DNA of 64,000 bases from an uncultured Planctomycetaceae bacterium (GTDB lineage: Bacteria > Planctomycetota > Planctomycetia > Pirellulales > PALSA-1355): positions 35,153-99,152 of the forward strand of contig CAVZWY010000029.1 in the NCBI GenBank assembly GCA_963779015.1, given 5' to 3'. Shown piece after piece: positions 62,529 to 64,000 of the stretch (positions within the stretch are counted from its first letter, which is position 1; each line of letters starts with the position of its first letter). The notes beneath the pieces are model-generated. The model was given only the letters and a program-made list of their open reading frames with translations, did no database searches and was not told the DNA's origin. The position numbers and the translations under genes are program-made.

Positions 62529-63388
62529 ATGTCACACTTCGAGCCTCGCGGGCTCGGCTGGCTCCCCAGCCTGCCAGATTTCCGCGATTTTGCAGCCGAC
62601 GCGGCTCCTGCCGACGCGTGGCTCGAACAATTCGCGCCGCGGGCGCGGCACCGCCGCCCAGGTCGACCAACGTCGATTTGCGCGATTATTTCGTCGATGT
62701 CGACGACCAATTGAGTTTGCACTCGTCCGCGGCGCACGCTTGTGCCGGATTGGTCGAATACTTCGAGCGGCGCGCGAACGGGCGGCTGCTGCGTCCCTCG
62801 CGGCTTTTTCTCTACCAAAACACGCTACGCCTGGCCGGAACGCAGCAGGTCAGCGTTGCTGTCGATTTGCGCACTACACTGAAAGCAATGGTTCGTTGCG
62901 GACTTCCGCCGGAGCGTTATTGGCCGTACGAAACCGATCGTTTGCCACTACAACCCGACCCGTTCTTGTACTCATTTCCCGAGCCGTGCCGTTCCGTGCG
63001 TTATGTCCGTTTGGATCGGCGTGGAGCGAGCGGGGTGCAGACGCTCCAGATCGTCAAGGCATTTATCGCCGCGGGCTTTCCCTCGGCATTTGGATTTCCA
63101 GTTCCGAATTCGTTGTCGCTCAATCCGGATATTCCCTATCGCCCCACCTTCGATTCGTTGATCGGCGGACAGGCCGTCATTGCCGTCGGCTACGACGACC
63201 GCTGGTTGCGCGGGTCGCGCGGCGCGTTGCTGGTGCGAAGCTCATGGGGAAACGCATTTGGCGAGAACGGATACGCGTGGCTGCCCTACGCTTACGTAGA
63301 AGAACAATTGGCAGTCGATTTCTGGACGTTGTTCCATCCCGATTGGATCACGTCCGGCGAATTCGACCTGCCTGAAGTACCTGAGTGA
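62529..63388 (+). CDS. C1A papain-fold peptidase homolog with substituted catalytic residues (apparent frameshift ~62645)
   Basis: GWLP.LPDFRD propeptide, VDLR, DQ, SRLFLY, WPY, VGYDD, SWG..FGE.GY.WLPY.Y; C->S, H->Q, N->S. Confidence 0.85.
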
Positions 63389-63410
63389 ACCCTGAGTGAG
63401 CCTTGAGTGA
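63382..63410 (+). repeat. Three TGAGTGA direct repeats with 11-bp period
   Basis: 63382-63388, 63393-63399, 63404-63410. Confidence 0.7.
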
Positions 63411-63582
63411 GCACCGTGACTCGGCCTAGTCGTGTAAACCCCGCGAACCCGAATCGAGCTGCGTGAGCATTCACGACAGCGTCCATACAGCTCCCATACA
63501 GGAGCCGTTGTGGGTTCCCGCGAGCGACTAGAATGACGCTTCACGGTTCGCGATTGTGTCCGAGTCAAAAGGGGAAATAGCC

Positions 63583-64000
63583 ATGGTCAGCCGTACACCG
63601 TCCGATGGAAACGCCTCCGCCGGCCAGCAATCCGCCGCCGCGACGCGCGACGTGTTTCGCGTTTTGTTCCGCCACAAACGGAAAATGCTAGTGTTTTTCT
63701 GCACCACCATGGGTTTGGTCGTGCTGGGATTGATCTTCTTCCCAAGAACCTACACGTCGGACGCGCGCTTGTTCGTTCGTCTGGGAAAAGAGAGCATCGC
63801 GTTGGATCCCACGGCCACGGTCACGCAGACCGTCGCCGTGCAGGATACGCGCGAAAACGAAATCAACTCGGAAGTCGAAATCCTCCGCAGTCGCGCCCTG
63901 ATGGAAGATGTCGTCACGAAACTTGGACCGGACGAGATCCTCTACGGAGGCTCGGGCGGCGGAGCCAGCAGTAAGCTGTGGAGCGCGCTGACGGCGCCGG
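63583..64000 (+). CDS. GumC/Wzc-like polysaccharide co-polymerase, 5' part
   Basis: RBS aagggg; RDVFRVLFRHK + TM, Y.S.ARLFV, EINSEVEILRSR.L.EDVV..LG. Confidence 0.85.
   Translation, partial: MVSRTPSDGNASAGQQSAAATRDVFRVLFRHKRKMLVFFCTTMGLVVLGLIFFPRTYTSDARLFVRLGKESIALDPTATVTQTVAVQDTRENEINSEVEILRSRALMEDVVTKLGPDEILYGGSGGGASSKLWSALTAP

Noticed and set aside
1-64000. tRNA, rRNA, prophage, retron or defence genes
   Set aside because: No cloverleaf, rRNA, integrase, reverse transcriptase or nuclease signatures recognised on manual reading

Overview
GC-rich bacterial DNA, very probably from a planctomycete (Pirellulales-like). The basis is the DUF1549/1553, DUF1552/DUF1592, DUF1501, TIGR03067 and planctomycete cytochrome-c/WD40 genes. 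1-38 kb is mostly housekeeping or metabolic: cinA-like, copA, rnc, degP, cobB-like, pdxJ, dapA, ilvA, cnoX, an OPT transporter, pgl, SDR/FMO genes and ndh. It also carries an IS200 element, several REP-like palindromes and an ECF-sigma/anti-sigma/secretin-like operon. 38-46 kb is an accessory patch with csbD, a PRC-barrel gene, orphans, an internally deleted IS256 and an IS66. 46-60 kb holds a GntR-headed DUF1592/DUF1552 locus, an acyl-CoA dehydrogenase and an RND pump. The best candidate for an undescribed system is 60-64 kb. It has a head-to-head pair of paralogous uncharacterised winged-helix-like proteins. One has a sigma70 promoter plus a terminator/antiterminator leader and is translationally coupled to an EF-hand gene. 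The other is followed by a papain-fold protein that has lost all three catalytic residues, then 11-bp phased direct repeats and the first gene (GumC/Wzc-like) of a polysaccharide cluster. Other highlights are a stand-alone 21-aa lysine-rich micropeptide gene with a structured leader, and a highly structured ~175-nt leader under a sigma54-type promoter upstream of csbD. About a dozen genes carry 1-2 bp frameshifts, mostly at GCGC runs, which most likely reflect sequencing error. All calls come from reading motifs by eye; no database searches were run.
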